A DNA stretch of 60,206 nucleotides from Pseudomonadota bacterium (GCA_040390885.1 JAZJXN010000036.1:29194-89399); one strand, 5' to 3'; positions 37,606 to 50,852 are shown, counted from the stretch's first letter. A program made the numbers and translations. Notes: generated by a model not told the origin, from the sequence alone.

Positions 37606-39543
37606 GTGCAGAATCGAGAACCGCCTACCAGCGACCACCGCTACCGCCAGTTGGTCGATGCGATCACTGACTACGCGATCTACATGCTCGACGTCGAAGG
37701 TCGGGTGACGAGCTGGAATTCTGGTGCTGAGCGCTTCAAGGGCTACAAACCCTCCGAGATCATCGGGCGACATTTCTCGACCTTTTACACCGATGAGGAG
37801 CAGCTCGCAGGCGTGCCGGCAGAAGCGCTGCGCACTGCGGCGAACGATGGTCGGTTCGAACGGGAGGGGTGGCGGATCCGCAAGGACGGCTCGCGATTTT
37901 GGGCTCACGTGATCATCGATCCGATCCGCGACCCGGACGGCGAGCTGGTCGGATACGCCAAGGTGACCCGCGATCTCACGGAGCGGCGAGCGGCGGAGGA
38001 GCGCCTTCGCCGAAGCGAAGAGCAGTTTCGCATCTTGGTCCAGAGCGTCACCGACTACGCGATCTATATGCTCGACGGCCTAGGCCACGTCACGAGCTGG
38101 AACGCGGGGGCTCAACGCATTAAGGGTTACAGCGCTGACGAGGTCATCGGACGCCACTTCTCCTCCTTCTACACGGACAAGGATCGCAATGCGGGCCTGC
38201 CGTGTTCCGGGCTGGCGCAGGCAGCTGAGCACGGGTGCTGGGAGACAGAAGGATGGCGGCTTCGCAAGGACGGCTCCTGCTTCTGGGCCCACGTCGTCAT
38301 CAATGCCATTTATGATGACGGCGGAGCTGTTATCGGCTTCGCCAAAATCACGCGCGACATCACGGAAAGGATCGAGGCCCAGCGGACCCTTGATGAAGCG
38401 CGTGAAGCGTTGTTCCAGGCTCAAAAGCTGGAGGCGGTCGGCCAGCTCACGGGGGGCGTCGCCCACGATTTCAACAACCTGTTGATGGCCATCCAAGGCA
38501 GCATCGAACTCGCGAGAAAGCGAGCGCCGGCGGACTCAGGACTGTTGCGGTTGCTGGACAATGCGATGGAGGGGGTTAGGCGTGGCGCTGGGCTTACCCA
38601 ACGGATGCTGGCCTTTGCGCGAAAGCAGGATCTCCGTGTCGAAGCCGTCGACCTGTTGGCCCTCGTCCGGGGCATGCAGCCTTTTGTGCAGCGAAGCATC
38701 GGGCCGGAAATCCGCGTCAGCATCCGGATACCGTCGAATCTGCCTCTGGTGCGTACCGATCCCAATCAGCTTGAAGCGGCGCTGCTTAATCTGGTGGTTA
38801 ACGCGCGCGACGCCATGCCTGACGGAGGCGCAATCGTCATCTCCGCCCGCAGGCTTCCCGCATTGACGTCGGTCGGACCGCCAGTTCAGGCGGGCGACTA
38901 TGTGTGCCTGACAGTGGTCGACACGGGCCTGGGCATGAACGAGGAGACCATAGCCAAGGCCACGGAGCCGTTCTTCACCACCAAGGGTGTCGGGAAGGGC
39001 ACAGGGTTGGGTCTTTCGATGGTCCACGGCCTCGTGAGCCAATCTGGCGGCAGCATGCGGATCGACAGCACGCTCGGCGAAGGAACGTGCATCGAACTTC
39101 TGCTGCCAACGGCCAACCTGTCAGACGCTGCCATTACGCCCGCGCCGCAATGGCCGGCGGACACGCCCCCCGAGAGTGGTCAACTTGTGATCCTCGCTAT
39201 TGATGACGATCCCCTCGTGCTGGCAAATACGGCGGCCTTGCTTGAAGACCTTGGGCACACGGTCCTCACCGCGACCTCTGGGGCTGAGGCCCTGACCATC
39301 TGGCGGCACGCCGGCATAGACCTCGTCATCACGGACCAAGCAATGCCGGGCATGACCGGTGTGCGATTGGCCGAAGACCTTTGGTCCGTCCAACCGTCGC
39401 TGCCCGTCATCGTTGCGACCGGCTACGCCGAGCTTCCTGACGGGCTGGACCCAAGACTTCACCGCTTGGCCAAGCCCTTTACTCAAGGCGAGCTCGTCGC
39501 AGCCATCAATGCAGCCATGGTGGAGCGCGCTACGGTTTATTGA
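37606..39543 (+). CDS. PAS-PAS hybrid histidine kinase/receiver
   Basis: Two DYAIYMLD..G.V.SWN.GA PAS repeats, GGVAHDFNNLL, PFFTTKGVGKGTGLGL, receiver IDDD/TDQAMPG/ATGY/KPF. Confidence 0.93.
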   Translation: MQNREPPTSDHRYRQLVDAITDYAIYMLDVEGRVTSWNSGAERFKGYKPSEIIGRHFSTFYTDEEQLAGVPAEALRTAANDGRFEREGWRIRKDGSRFWAHVIIDPIRDPDGELVGYAKVTRDLTERRAAEERLRRSEEQFRILVQSVTDYAIYMLDGLGHVTSWNAGAQRIKGYSADEVIGRHFSSFYTDKDRNAGLPCSGLAQAAEHGCWETEGWRLRKDGSCFWAHVVINAIYDDGGAVIGFAKITRDITERIEAQRTLDEAREALFQAQKLEAVGQLTGGVAHDFNNLLMAIQGSIELARKRAPADSGLLRLLDNAMEGVRRGAGLTQRMLAFARKQDLRVEAVDLLALVRGMQPFVQRSIGPEIRVSIRIPSNLPLVRTDPNQLEAALLNLVVNARDAMPDGGAIVISARRLPALTSVGPPVQAGDYVCLTVVDTGLGMNEETIAKATEPFFTTKGVGKGTGLGLSMVHGLVSQSGGSMRIDSTLGEGTCIELLLPTANLSDAAITPAPQWPADTPPESGQLVILAIDDDPLVLANTAALLEDLGHTVLTATSGAEALTIWRHAGIDLVITDQAMPGMTGVRLAEDLWSVQPSLPVIVATGYAELPDGLDPRLHRLAKPFTQGELVAAINAAMVERATVY

Positions 39544-39742
39544 TCGCTCGCGGGAAGGCGCGACGGTAGGCCCCTCCTCCGTGCTGCACATCCTCTGGCT
39601 TTCACGCACGGGCTGGCGGTGCGTTCACGGCCTTGGACGTCTGCGGCTTCTGCGCGCCCCCTCGAAGCCACGATGCTCCGCTCCCTGACGATCTTCGGTG
39701 AGCGGTGAAGACTTCACAGTCGCGCGACGCGCACCGTTGCTC

Positions 39743-39768
39743 GGAACCTTCCTTCGCCATGAAGGCTT
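39743..39768 (+). promoter_or_regulatory. Possible sigma-EcfG promoter
   Basis: GGAAC-N17-GCTT upstream of AGGAG/ATG 39796. Confidence 0.45.
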
Positions 39769-39795
39769 GCAGAGCCATCACTCAGGAGCGCGTCA

Positions 39796-40146
39796 ATGTA
39801 CCGAACAGCTTTAGCAACTCTGGCCGCCGCAATGCTGGTCACAGCTTGCGGTCAGGAAGCCCCGAAGGCTGAAGGCGACAACACTGCGGGGCCGGTCGTG
39901 TCGACCTCGGAAACGCCGCGCAACACGGCAATCGACACGGCCCCAGCGACCGCAGAACCGGCGCAAACCCCCGGCGCCAACTCTTTCACCGAGGCTCAGG
40001 CTCAAAAGGCCATTACCGACGCCGGTTATACGGACGTCGGCCCCCTGACCCAGGACGAGCAGGGCTTGTGGAAGGGCTCTGCCACCAAAGACGGCACTAA
40101 AACACCTGTGTCCGTCGACTACAAAGGCGCCGTCGCCGCCCAATAG
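39796..40146 (+). CDS. Lipoprotein with PepSY-like domain
   Basis: Lipobox VTAC; PGANSFTEAQA...GYTDV..L.QDEQGLW.G.A.KDG...VSVDYKG. Confidence 0.8.
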   Translation: MYRTALATLAAAMLVTACGQEAPKAEGDNTAGPVVSTSETPRNTAIDTAPATAEPAQTPGANSFTEAQAQKAITDAGYTDVGPLTQDEQGLWKGSATKDGTKTPVSVDYKGAVAAQ

Positions 40147-40181
40147 TGCGCCCCGTTCAGATACATCTTTGGAGAAGAGAC

Positions 40182-40964
40182 ATGTCCAGGACTGTTACTC
40201 GTCTATTCAATACGCACACGGAAGCGCTGACCGCTGTTCGGGTGCTTGAAGCGCAAGGGGTCGATCATGACCGCATCAGCGTAATCGCGAACAACTCCGA
40301 CAACTGGCATAACCCCGACACGTCAAAAGGCTTCCTTGACGGCGCTGGCGACCGCGCTGAACGTCTGGCCGGATCGCGCGGCGATCTGAACCGTGACGGC
40401 GAAAACGATGTCGCCGAAGGCGCAGGCAAGGGGGCGACAACAGGCGGTCTGCTCGGTGGCGGCGCCGGCCTTCTAGCTGGCCTTGGCATGCTCGCGATTC
40501 CAGGCCTCGGCCCCGTGGTCGCCGTCGGCTGGCTCGCGTCGGCCGCTGTAGGCGCGGTCGTGGGCGCCATCGCCGGCGGAGCCACGGGCGGCCTCCTGGG
40601 CGCCCTGAAGGAGGCTGGTCATTCGGACGAGGAGGCCAACGTTTATGCCGAAGGCGTCCGACGCGGCGGCGCCTTGGTTAGTGTGAGGGCGGATGATGAC
40701 GACGCTGTCCGCATCGAGGGCTTGCTCGCCGGCAACCGCGGCGTCGACGCGATGACGCGGGGGGCAGCCTACCGCGCCAGTGGCTGGACAACCTTCGAAC
40801 CGTCCGCCGAGCCCTACTCTCCCGATCAGATCGCACGAGAACGCCAGCAGTATAGCGAAGACCGGTCCTTCGCGGGATCTCAACCGTCCGACCTCTCGGA
40901 GGACGGCGTGGATCGCGCCCGGACAGAGCAGCAGAGCGGCTCGATCCCCTCCCGTCCGCTTTAA
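40182..40964 (+). CDS. General stress protein (YflT/17M-like with glycine zipper)
   Basis: VTRLF...AV..L...G....ISVI, GLGMLAIPGLGPVVAVG, EEANVYAEGVRRGGALVSV. Confidence 0.8.
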   Translation: MSRTVTRLFNTHTEALTAVRVLEAQGVDHDRISVIANNSDNWHNPDTSKGFLDGAGDRAERLAGSRGDLNRDGENDVAEGAGKGATTGGLLGGGAGLLAGLGMLAIPGLGPVVAVGWLASAAVGAVVGAIAGGATGGLLGALKEAGHSDEEANVYAEGVRRGGALVSVRADDDDAVRIEGLLAGNRGVDAMTRGAAYRASGWTTFEPSAEPYSPDQIARERQQYSEDRSFAGSQPSDLSEDGVDRARTEQQSGSIPSRPL

Positions 40965-40977
40965 CCGTCAAAGCGCG

Positions 40978-41006
40978 AGGCCCGGCGGCGACGCCGGGCC
41001 TAGTTT
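40978..41006 (+). terminator. Candidate intrinsic terminator
   Basis: AGGCCCGGCG-gcga-CGCCGGGCCT followed by AGTTT. Confidence 0.6.
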
Positions 41007-42032
41007 CAATGTCGTCCCGCCGCAGCAAAGAGTGGGCCATCAGACCGTAAGCAGCACGTACGCGAAGGGATCACCCGCACGGAGCGATGTCAGGGGACAG
41101 CCATCATTTTTCCGGTTTCGCGGCATATGCCCCCTCGGTCCGTCCGAATGATGAAACACCATTCCGGCCAAGCAGGCGTTTCCGTCGGACAGACCTGTGC
41201 TGAGGGATGACTACAGCAAAGAAATGTGTCCGCTTGCACAGGGACCCGGCTGCCCCGCCACTTTGGCACTTTGCGCTCAATGAGCGGCCCAGGGCCGATC
41301 CCGCAGCGCCGTTCCGCGATCGGAGAACTCCAGCATTACGTTGCCGGATGTGTAGGTCGTCGAGCCCATGGTCCCGCCCGCGCCGCATATCAGCCGCCCC
41401 CAGCGCGCAGCAGGTCCACAGGCCTCGCCTAAAACGCCTGCCGTGGCCCCCGCCGACAGAGGAGGCCGACGGCGCAGGGACGCTTGCGCTCCCGCCGGGA
41501 CGGTGAAGCCGCCTCATGTTCTGATCGACCTGTCGCCTCGATGGAGCGACTCTTCAGATGCCGCGACCATAGGCGCACCGGCAAGCCGCAGGTTGTCCTT
41601 GCCGCCCACCGTTGAAGGTGAGTAGGTGGCGATGCCCTTGGCCGCCCCCCCCATGATTGGCCAAGGGTCCTGCGCCAGTCACCTCGCGCAGAGGGCCGGC
41701 GTGCGCGCGAGCGCCGCCGGCCAATCACCCCTCACCGCAGAGCGCGGACTCTGTGGCCGCAAGAAGCACGGATCAGCCGCGCCCCCCGGCCAATGCCCGT
41801 CCCGCGGATCTGCCCCACCCCCGCCGCTCCGTAGGACGCGCATTGGACCAGCTTGATGGCCACGCCGGATGGCCACGGTCGTCATCAAGCACGGCTCCAC
41901 AAAGCGCAGGGACGTCTAGCTTTGGCAGACAGCGCCTACCGATCCTGCTGCGAGGGTCTGTCGGAAAGCCGACTGCACCGATCACTGCGGGAAGCTATGG
42001 TTATTCGCACAAGAGGTAACCAGGAGGGCAAT

Positions 42033-42239
42033 GTGAAGAGCGTTACTCTGACATCTGGCTTGGGAAACGTAATCGAGCGCGCCCTAACGCTGGCCGGCTC
42101 AGGGCAGTGCACGTCGATGCTGGACGTGAAAAACCGACTGCAACGCGAGGGCTTCGAGCAGATCGATGCATACCTCTCGGGCTACAGCATTCGGAAGGAC
42201 ATCAACAGGCGCCTGCTTGCAGCAAGGAGCGCTTCGTGA
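42033..42239 (+). CDS. Small hypothetical protein (ERA-x-x-LA-x-SG family)
   Basis: AGGAGG RBS then GTG; homologous to the frameshifted copy at 54028-54223. Confidence 0.65.
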   Translation: MKSVTLTSGLGNVIERALTLAGSGQCTSMLDVKNRLQREGFEQIDAYLSGYSIRKDINRRLLAARSAS

Positions 42240-42415
42240 TGACGCATCCTCCGGCATACTTCCGGCGCCAGGCGGCGCTTAGCCGACAACAGGCTCGGGA
42301 AGAAAGAGATAGCCATACGCGCGCTGCTCTGATCGAACTGGCGCTGGAGTTCGAGACCTGGGCCCTCCAGGCTGAATGGCTTACGCCCGGACCCAGTCGC
42401 CGCGCAGCCCCGTGA
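42239..42415 (+). CDS. Small helical hypothetical protein
   Basis: TGATG coupling; MTHPPAYFRRQAALSRQQAREERDSHTRAALIELALEFETWA. Confidence 0.55.
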   Translation: MTHPPAYFRRQAALSRQQAREERDSHTRAALIELALEFETWALQAEWLTPGPSRRAAP

Positions 42416-42490
42416 AAAGCGCGCTCGCCGGTTAATAGGCGGTCGGTCGATGCGCCTGGATTCAGGTCGCCAGAGGGATCGCCGCGCGAT

Positions 42491-44866
<2,376 letters not shown>

Positions 44867-45440
44867 GAACGCGTCTCCATGCCGTAAGGACTACGATGCT
44901 AGACTCACAGGCAATGACAATTGCCTAAGATCGGTGCATTTTTCGGGTGAGATCTTGTCGATCAACGCCGAACGGGCGCTTTACGGCCCGCCCCTGCACG
45001 CCTGGTGCGCGCATTGCCGTCCCTGGGGGCGGGGACTATCCGCGTCGCGACGGCGCGCCGCTTGTCCGGCCTTCAGAAGCGCCGAGCACACCACCGCCGC
45101 GACCGTACCCTGCCCCTCGCCTGGCCGATCGCCGATCTTGCGCAGGGCCGTGGCCGGGTCTGCCGGCAATGCCCCGCGCTCTCCGGGCGTCGCCTCTGCC
45201 GCGCTGGCGCGATCGCGCGACGCCGCGAACGGCTACCGTCTGGCGGCCTCGTCCGCGTGCGCCGGTTTGCGCGGTAGGAGCGCGCGAACGCCGGGGTGCG
45301 CTGGTCATGCAACGCCGCCGCCAGCGCTAGGCAGCTCCAGCCAGCGACGAGAGAGGCGCGCCATTTCCGCCACACCGCGCCTCGGAGCACCGCCAGCCTG
45401 GCGGGGGACGATGGGAGGCGGCGTTTGGGGAAGGCTGCCC

Positions 45441-46106
45441 TCAGGCGTTGCCTGTCTTGCGGTGGGGATCGCCAACCGCCTTGCTCTCGGGCGACCCGCG
45501 CTCGCGCAGGAAGATCGCCAGCACGATGAGGACGGCGGTAGAAAGAAACTCGCTTTGCCAGTTCTGGAAACTCTCGAACCAGAATTCGGCATCGCCGAGA
45601 TAGGCGACCAAGCCGAGCGGGGCTTCGCGGTGGCGCAAGGCTGCGTCTGCGGCCTTTCGGGCGCTGTTCAACCAATGAAGCACAAAGGAGGCCGCAAACA
45701 GCGCCAGCAGCGTCCACCCCAGCGAATGAGCATAGATCGCACGGGCGAGGCCGCCGACGCGCACTGGCCATGGCGCGTCCGGCTTGCCCGAGTCGCGGAC
45801 GGGGTTGCGGTCCTGCGGCGCGGTCTTGTCCGGGTCTTTCGATTCCGGTGAACCGCGCTGGAACAGGTAGGCCGTCAGCATCACATAGGCCCACATCTGC
45901 AGGAATTCGCTCTCCCAGTTCTCGAACAGAGAGGAAAGAAATTCCCCGCTGAACAGGTAAGCTCCGAACCTGATCGGCGCCACGCTGTGCACCGAACGCG
46001 CGTTGTTTTCTGCGCTCCAGCCGGTCAGCATCTGACCGCCAAGACTGATGGCGAACAGCGCCAGCAAGGCCAGCGTCAGGCCATTGTCCTTCACCCAACC
46101 TTTCAT
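45441..46106 (-). CDS. DUF6766-like membrane protein
   Basis: DNGLTL; internal duplication FENWESEFL...QRGSPESK / FQNWQSEFL...ERGSPESK. Confidence 0.75.
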   Translation of the reverse strand: MKGWVKDNGLTLALLALFAISLGGQMLTGWSAENNARSVHSVAPIRFGAYLFSGEFLSSLFENWESEFLQMWAYVMLTAYLFQRGSPESKDPDKTAPQDRNPVRDSGKPDAPWPVRVGGLARAIYAHSLGWTLLALFAASFVLHWLNSARKAADAALRHREAPLGLVAYLGDAEFWFESFQNWQSEFLSTAVLIVLAIFLRERGSPESKAVGDPHRKTGNA

Positions 46107-46152
46107 CGCTCATCCTCCCAGCCTGGTTCGTACAGGCACTGGATTTCAAGGC

Positions 46153-46860
46153 TCAGACGGAAGACTTGTTCGCGTGCCCCCGTCGTTGTCCCCACGTGCA
46201 GAGGGGATGGTAATGAGGGCCCGCCAGAGCGACGAGACCATCGCGATCGAGGATGGTCAGCTGTCCCCTTTGGTAGGCGATCATCCCCCTGCCCTTCAAT
46301 TTGGACGCTGCGGCCGTCACCGTGGTCCGCTGAACTGCAAGGATATCCGCCAGGCCTTCCTGGGTGATGCGGAAGCTCACGGCGCCGGTGCGGTCGGCGG
46401 TCACGAGCAGACAGCGGGCCAGGCGCTCGCCGACCGAACCGAGCGTGTTGGATGCCAATGCTTCGGCGCAGCGGCAGGCCGAAGCGTTGGCGTTGGCGAG
46501 GATCCTCGTCACCAGTGACGCGCTGTCGGCCATGCGGTCCCGCAAAACCGAAGCCGGCAATGCCACACCCTCACCGCTGATCTGCACAACGACCCGCCCG
46601 GTGCTTTCTGAGCCTGTAAGAGCGCTGAGGAGTTCGACTCCGGTTTCGTAGCCGATGGTCGCGCTTGGCGCCGATCGACCATCGGCCAGAACTGTGAACA
46701 GAGAAATCACCGCATCGTGCGGGAAGTAGACGATGGGCACGACATCTCCCGGCTCAAACAGAACGTCGCCTGCGGGCAGCAGCACGGGGCGCAGATGCGG
46801 TCTGAGATAGGCGAGATCGTCCTCGTCGAGCGTGTTGAGAAAGAGATTCCGGCGCGGCAT
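46153..46860 (-). CDS. Crp/Fnr-family regulator
   Basis: cNMP-like domain (LFEPGD..VYFP..AVISL); ERLARCLL...ITQEGLADILAVQRTTVT HTH. Confidence 0.9.
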   Translation of the reverse strand: MPRRNLFLNTLDEDDLAYLRPHLRPVLLPAGDVLFEPGDVVPIVYFPHDAVISLFTVLADGRSAPSATIGYETGVELLSALTGSESTGRVVVQISGEGVALPASVLRDRMADSASLVTRILANANASACRCAEALASNTLGSVGERLARCLLVTADRTGAVSFRITQEGLADILAVQRTTVTAAASKLKGRGMIAYQRGQLTILDRDGLVALAGPHYHPLCTWGQRRGHANKSSV

Positions 46861-47117
46861 TTACCCCTCCATGGCCGATTGTGGACGGCCCAGGCCAGCG
46901 CTGGCAGGCCAGAAGCGGACCCTGGTCCCGCCTCCTGTCCCTGGCCGGCTGCGAGCCGCGCGAAGTATGTCCACGGTGGGCGCGGTGTCGATCTACGATG
47001 TGGGGCTGCACGGACTGCTGGTGGCGGCTTTGATCCGGCGCGCGAGGATTGCGGCCTGGGCGCGCCGCACTGCCCATCGCCCGCGTTGCGCCTTTCGAGC
47101 ACGAGCCGGCGGCGGCG

Positions 47118-49283
47118 TCAGCTCCAATCAAGATCGATCGGCTCACCGGCTCTCGCCTCGAAGACCACGGCCCCGTCCTGCGGCTTACGCGCTTCGCCGC
47201 AGACCTTCACCGCCTGCAGTGGCGTGCGGCCCCGCGGCAGCAGCCTGACCTCGCAACCGTAACCCTTGGCCCCATCGACTTCGAACGACACCGTGGTCCC
47301 GGAGCGCACCAGGTTGCGCACGGGATACGCGGCGAACAACCGGAATGGCGCCCCCGGGACATCATGGAAGGCGCGCGTGGCGAAGGTGAATGGAGCCCCG
47401 CAGCCATAGATCTCCTGGCCGACCTGGCCCGGCGGCTGGCCGTCGCCGTAGAGGTCCTCCACGGGGAATGACAGCTTGCGATCGATGTGGCCGTTGCGGA
47501 CCTCGTCGCCGGACGGGAAGACGTCGGCGGGCAGCGCATCGGGAAAATAGAACCAGGCCCGGTGAAGCGCATACTTTCGGTACTCGGTCAGCAGCAGCCT
47601 CACCGCGTCGGGCAGGCCGTCGCCGCCGCGCACCAGCAATTCCTCGAAGGCGGCGAAAGACTCGAAGCACTCGTAGAGCGCCATGTAGGGCCCGTCGTGC
47701 AGGCAGCTGGCTCCGAGGAAGTTGGAATAGTGGGCGGCCGCCTTCAGCTCCGACTCCCAGATCAGGCAGTTGTGGAAGAATCCGGCGAGAAGCACCTGGC
47801 ACTGGCCCAGGAACCAGGCCTCGCCAGTCGCGCGCCACAGACGCACCGCCGCAGTCGCGCCCCAGGCCGACAGGTTGGCCTGGTACAGCATCTCGAAGCG
47901 CCAGCCATCGAGCGCCCGAAGCGCCTTCTCGGCCTCGCGCAGATAGCGCTTTTCGCCGGTCAGGTCGAAAGCGAGGACCATAACGTAGGCGTAGATCCCG
48001 CCTACGTCCGACTGGCCGGGTCCTCCGGGGGTGCGGGTCGCCTTGATGACCTTGCGGGTCTTGACGTTGAACTTGATGGGCCAGTCGTACTTGAAGCGCC
48101 GGGCGACTTCGATGGCGTAATCGAGGCAGTCGAAGAACAGGCTTCGCGAAGCCTCATCGCCGTCAACAGCGAGCCGGCCGAGGTTGACCAACGGATGGTA
48201 CAGGTACCAGCTATCGACCTCGTCGGCGTCCTTGTCCTCGCCGACGTTCGGCAGGTAACGACGCAGGGTCTGCAGGTCGGGGTCGTGGAATTTGCGCATT
48301 CCGCTCAGGAGCGCCGCTTCGAGAGCGATCGGCCGGCCTCGCCACCGCGCGTACTCGTGCACAGATTGGCCCACGCTGAGCTGGACCATGCAATCAGGGT
48401 ACTCGGCGTCGGTATAGGGATGCAGGTAAAGGTGGCCATAGTGCCGCACGTGAGCCTTTGGCGACCGCGTCAAATGGCGGAGTGTCAGGTCGGCACGGAC
48501 AGGCCAGTCGCGGAACCGGGTCGCTGGTTTCTCGAGCCGCCGGTAGGAGCGAGCCAACAGGTCTAGGAAGTGGGCTCCCTCGTCCTGGTCGTCGTGCGGA
48601 ACCTGCGGGTTCCAGCACAGCAGCACGTCCGACTGGATGAGCGGTTCGCCCGCCGGGAGCGCCGCCTCAGTGAAGGGCTTGGGCTGATAACCAAGTTCCG
48701 GCCATTGGCCGCCAACGACCCCATCGGGCGCCGTTCCCGCCGCCCGGTGCCAGTCGTTAAGCGCCGTAAGATTCTGCAGGTAGAGGACGGTCCCAAAATC
48801 CGGTTCGCGCAAGGTGAAGAACACCAGGCCGACATTGACCCCCCGCTGCGCCGCCTCAACACGGCCTTCCGACCTCAGGGGGCGTCCCGTGGGGTCCAGC
48901 GGATAAAGATCTCGCGGCCAATGCGGCACGAGCAGGTCGATTGCCGGCGTGAACCGGGTCGTCGCGCGCAGCAGCCTGTCGTCCGGCTCGATCACCAGCT
49001 CGACGTGGAACTGGCCGAGCGAGGTCATGGCCTCGAAGCTGAGGTCCCCGGCGCGCTTGACCTTGAGCCCGCCACCCGGGCTCCACGCCGTGCGCAACGC
49101 CAGGCGGCCGCCGACGAAGAACCACAGGGCGTTGCGGCCGACCTTCGGCTCGATCGTAACATCGCCGAACGCGATCGGGTCCAGCTCGAAGAACCCGTCC
49201 GCCAGGATTTCGGCGTCGAGCGCCATCGCGTCCACCGGTACGCCGACGCTCGAAGGGGCAGTGCTGTGACTATCCTTGGCCAT
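47118..49283 (-). CDS. Large conserved hypothetical protein (721 aa), possible alpha/alpha-toroid glycoside-hydrolase-like fold
   Basis: GAAGG RBS, ATG 49283; aromatic-rich helical motifs DSWYLYHP, DLTGEKRYL.EA, LWRATGE, GQEIYGCG. Fold is inference. Confidence 0.75.
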   Translation of the reverse strand: MAKDSHSTAPSSVGVPVDAMALDAEILADGFFELDPIAFGDVTIEPKVGRNALWFFVGGRLALRTAWSPGGGLKVKRAGDLSFEAMTSLGQFHVELVIEPDDRLLRATTRFTPAIDLLVPHWPRDLYPLDPTGRPLRSEGRVEAAQRGVNVGLVFFTLREPDFGTVLYLQNLTALNDWHRAAGTAPDGVVGGQWPELGYQPKPFTEAALPAGEPLIQSDVLLCWNPQVPHDDQDEGAHFLDLLARSYRRLEKPATRFRDWPVRADLTLRHLTRSPKAHVRHYGHLYLHPYTDAEYPDCMVQLSVGQSVHEYARWRGRPIALEAALLSGMRKFHDPDLQTLRRYLPNVGEDKDADEVDSWYLYHPLVNLGRLAVDGDEASRSLFFDCLDYAIEVARRFKYDWPIKFNVKTRKVIKATRTPGGPGQSDVGGIYAYVMVLAFDLTGEKRYLREAEKALRALDGWRFEMLYQANLSAWGATAAVRLWRATGEAWFLGQCQVLLAGFFHNCLIWESELKAAAHYSNFLGASCLHDGPYMALYECFESFAAFEELLVRGGDGLPDAVRLLLTEYRKYALHRAWFYFPDALPADVFPSGDEVRNGHIDRKLSFPVEDLYGDGQPPGQVGQEIYGCGAPFTFATRAFHDVPGAPFRLFAAYPVRNLVRSGTTVSFEVDGAKGYGCEVRLLPRGRTPLQAVKVCGEARKPQDGAVVFEARAGEPIDLDWS

Positions 49284-49320
49284 GGTCTGATCGCCTTCCG
49301 ATCGACAGGTGCGATGGCAA

Positions 49321-49345
49321 ATCGTCTGAGGGCGAGAGTTGTTCC
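49321..49345 (-). promoter_or_regulatory. sigma-EcfG-type promoter
   Basis: Minus strand GGAAC-N16-CGAT, 37 nt before ATG 49283. Confidence 0.55.
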
Positions 49346-49411
49346 AGGCCAGGCGCGATAGCGGCGCCACGACAGCGCGGCGGCGGAGCAATAACGCGCT
49401 GTGCGCGCGAG

Positions 49412-50023
49412 TCAGGCCCAGGCTTCAATGATTTCAGCGACCGACGCCGTCTCGAGCTGCTGGCCAAAGCGGTCATTGTAGATGTCCAGCGTCGCCTCGT
49501 GAGTTTTATTGGCGGAACTGCAGAGCGCGTCAGTCGCCACCACGACGCGGTAGCCGTGGTCGATGGCGCCAAGGACGGTCGCCAGGACGCAAATGTCAGT
49601 CTCGCCCCCCGAGATGACGAGCGTGTCGACCTCGCGCGCGGACAGCTGATCCTGGAGACGGCGATCAAACCAGGGAGAGTAGGCGTGCTTGTCGATCACC
49701 CGGGCCGGCGGAACGAAGAGCTCCAGTTCCGGCAATAACCCCACCATCTCGGCGCCAAGGAGGTCGAGCGTCATCTCCGACCAGCGCTGATAGTATCGAC
49801 GCCACGTCCCCCTGCCGTCCCCCGGTGATTGCACGGGAATGAACCGTGTGAACCAGGTCTCGGCCGGACGCTTTTCGCACAATTGCACCACCTGGGGCAG
49901 CACCCGCCGCATCCATGGCGTCCGCCAGTTAGTGTCCTCGGCAAACATGCGCTGCATGTCGACGCACAGGTGCGCGGTTGTCGCTGACAGTGCGCCGTGT
50001 CGAAGTCCCGTATTCTCGGGCAT
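49412..50023 (-). CDS. Cysteine hydrolase (isochorismatase family)
   Basis: VDMQRMF, IDKHAYSPW, GGETDICVLAT (D-K-C triad). Confidence 0.9.
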   Translation of the reverse strand: MPENTGLRHGALSATTAHLCVDMQRMFAEDTNWRTPWMRRVLPQVVQLCEKRPAETWFTRFIPVQSPGDGRGTWRRYYQRWSEMTLDLLGAEMVGLLPELELFVPPARVIDKHAYSPWFDRRLQDQLSAREVDTLVISGGETDICVLATVLGAIDHGYRVVVATDALCSSANKTHEATLDIYNDRFGQQLETASVAEIIEAWA

Positions 50024-50069
50024 AGGCTGTCCGTCGCCTCGGCAAGGCCGCCGCGTCGTGTCGACGCCG

Positions 50070-50852
50070 CTAAAGTTGAATTCTCGGTTCAATCCTCAAC
50101 AACGGGATGTCACATCGTTCCGGTTGGGTGAGGATATAGCGCACCGCGACGGCGATATCTTCGGCCCGGAGCATCTCGTGCTTGCGGATCTTCTCTCGCT
50201 GCGCCGCCGGAGACGACGTGTTCATGTCACTCCCGACCGTTCCAGGTTCGACGAGCGCGACCCGAATGCCCGTCTTGGCCACCTCTTCGCGGAATGACTT
50301 GGCGAAGGCGCGCACGCCGCCCTTGCTGGCCGCGTAGACCGCGCTGCCCTCGCCGTCGGCGTCGGCGCTGATCGATCCGACCAGAGCGATCTGTCCGGCG
50401 CCGTCTCGCCCGGCAAGGCGTTTGGCGGCTTCCTGGGCGAAGGCGATGTATCCCGCAAGGTTCGTCTCAAGGACATAGCGCCACTCATCTTCGGGGGTCT
50501 CAGCCAGCTTTCCCGCTCCCAAGCCGGCATTGGCGATCAATACGTCGAGCCCACCCAGCACCTCATCGCTTCGCGCCAGGACGCGGTCGATGTCGGCGCG
50601 CCTTGCCTGGTCGGCGACCATGCCCTCGGCGTCGCCGCCGACGCTGCGGATGTGTTGAAGCGCGTCCTCCAGTTCCGGCGCATGGCGGCCGAAAATGAAC
50701 ACCTTGGCGCCGTCGGACGCGAGGAGCGCGGCGACGGCCCGGCCAATGCCGGTGGTGCCGCCGGTGATCAAGACGCGCTTGCCATTCAGCGGGGGCTCGG
50801 CGGTATGGATATCGCGGTCGGGCGAGAACGAGCGAGGCTCAGGGGCGGTCAT
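50070..50852 (-). CDS. Short-chain dehydrogenase/reductase
   Basis: TGGTTGIG, ANAG, YAASK. Confidence 0.92.
   Translation of the reverse strand: MTAPEPRSFSPDRDIHTAEPPLNGKRVLITGGTTGIGRAVAALLASDGAKVFIFGRHAPELEDALQHIRSVGGDAEGMVADQARRADIDRVLARSDEVLGGLDVLIANAGLGAGKLAETPEDEWRYVLETNLAGYIAFAQEAAKRLAGRDGAGQIALVGSISADADGEGSAVYAASKGGVRAFAKSFREEVAKTGIRVALVEPGTVGSDMNTSSPAAQREKIRKHEMLRAEDIAVAVRYILTQPERCDIPLLRIEPRIQL

Noticed and set aside
46130-46175. EcfG promoter for DUF6766 (CGAAC-N16-CCTT)
   Set aside because: Both elements deviate from consensus and it overlaps the crp 3' end; too weak to call.
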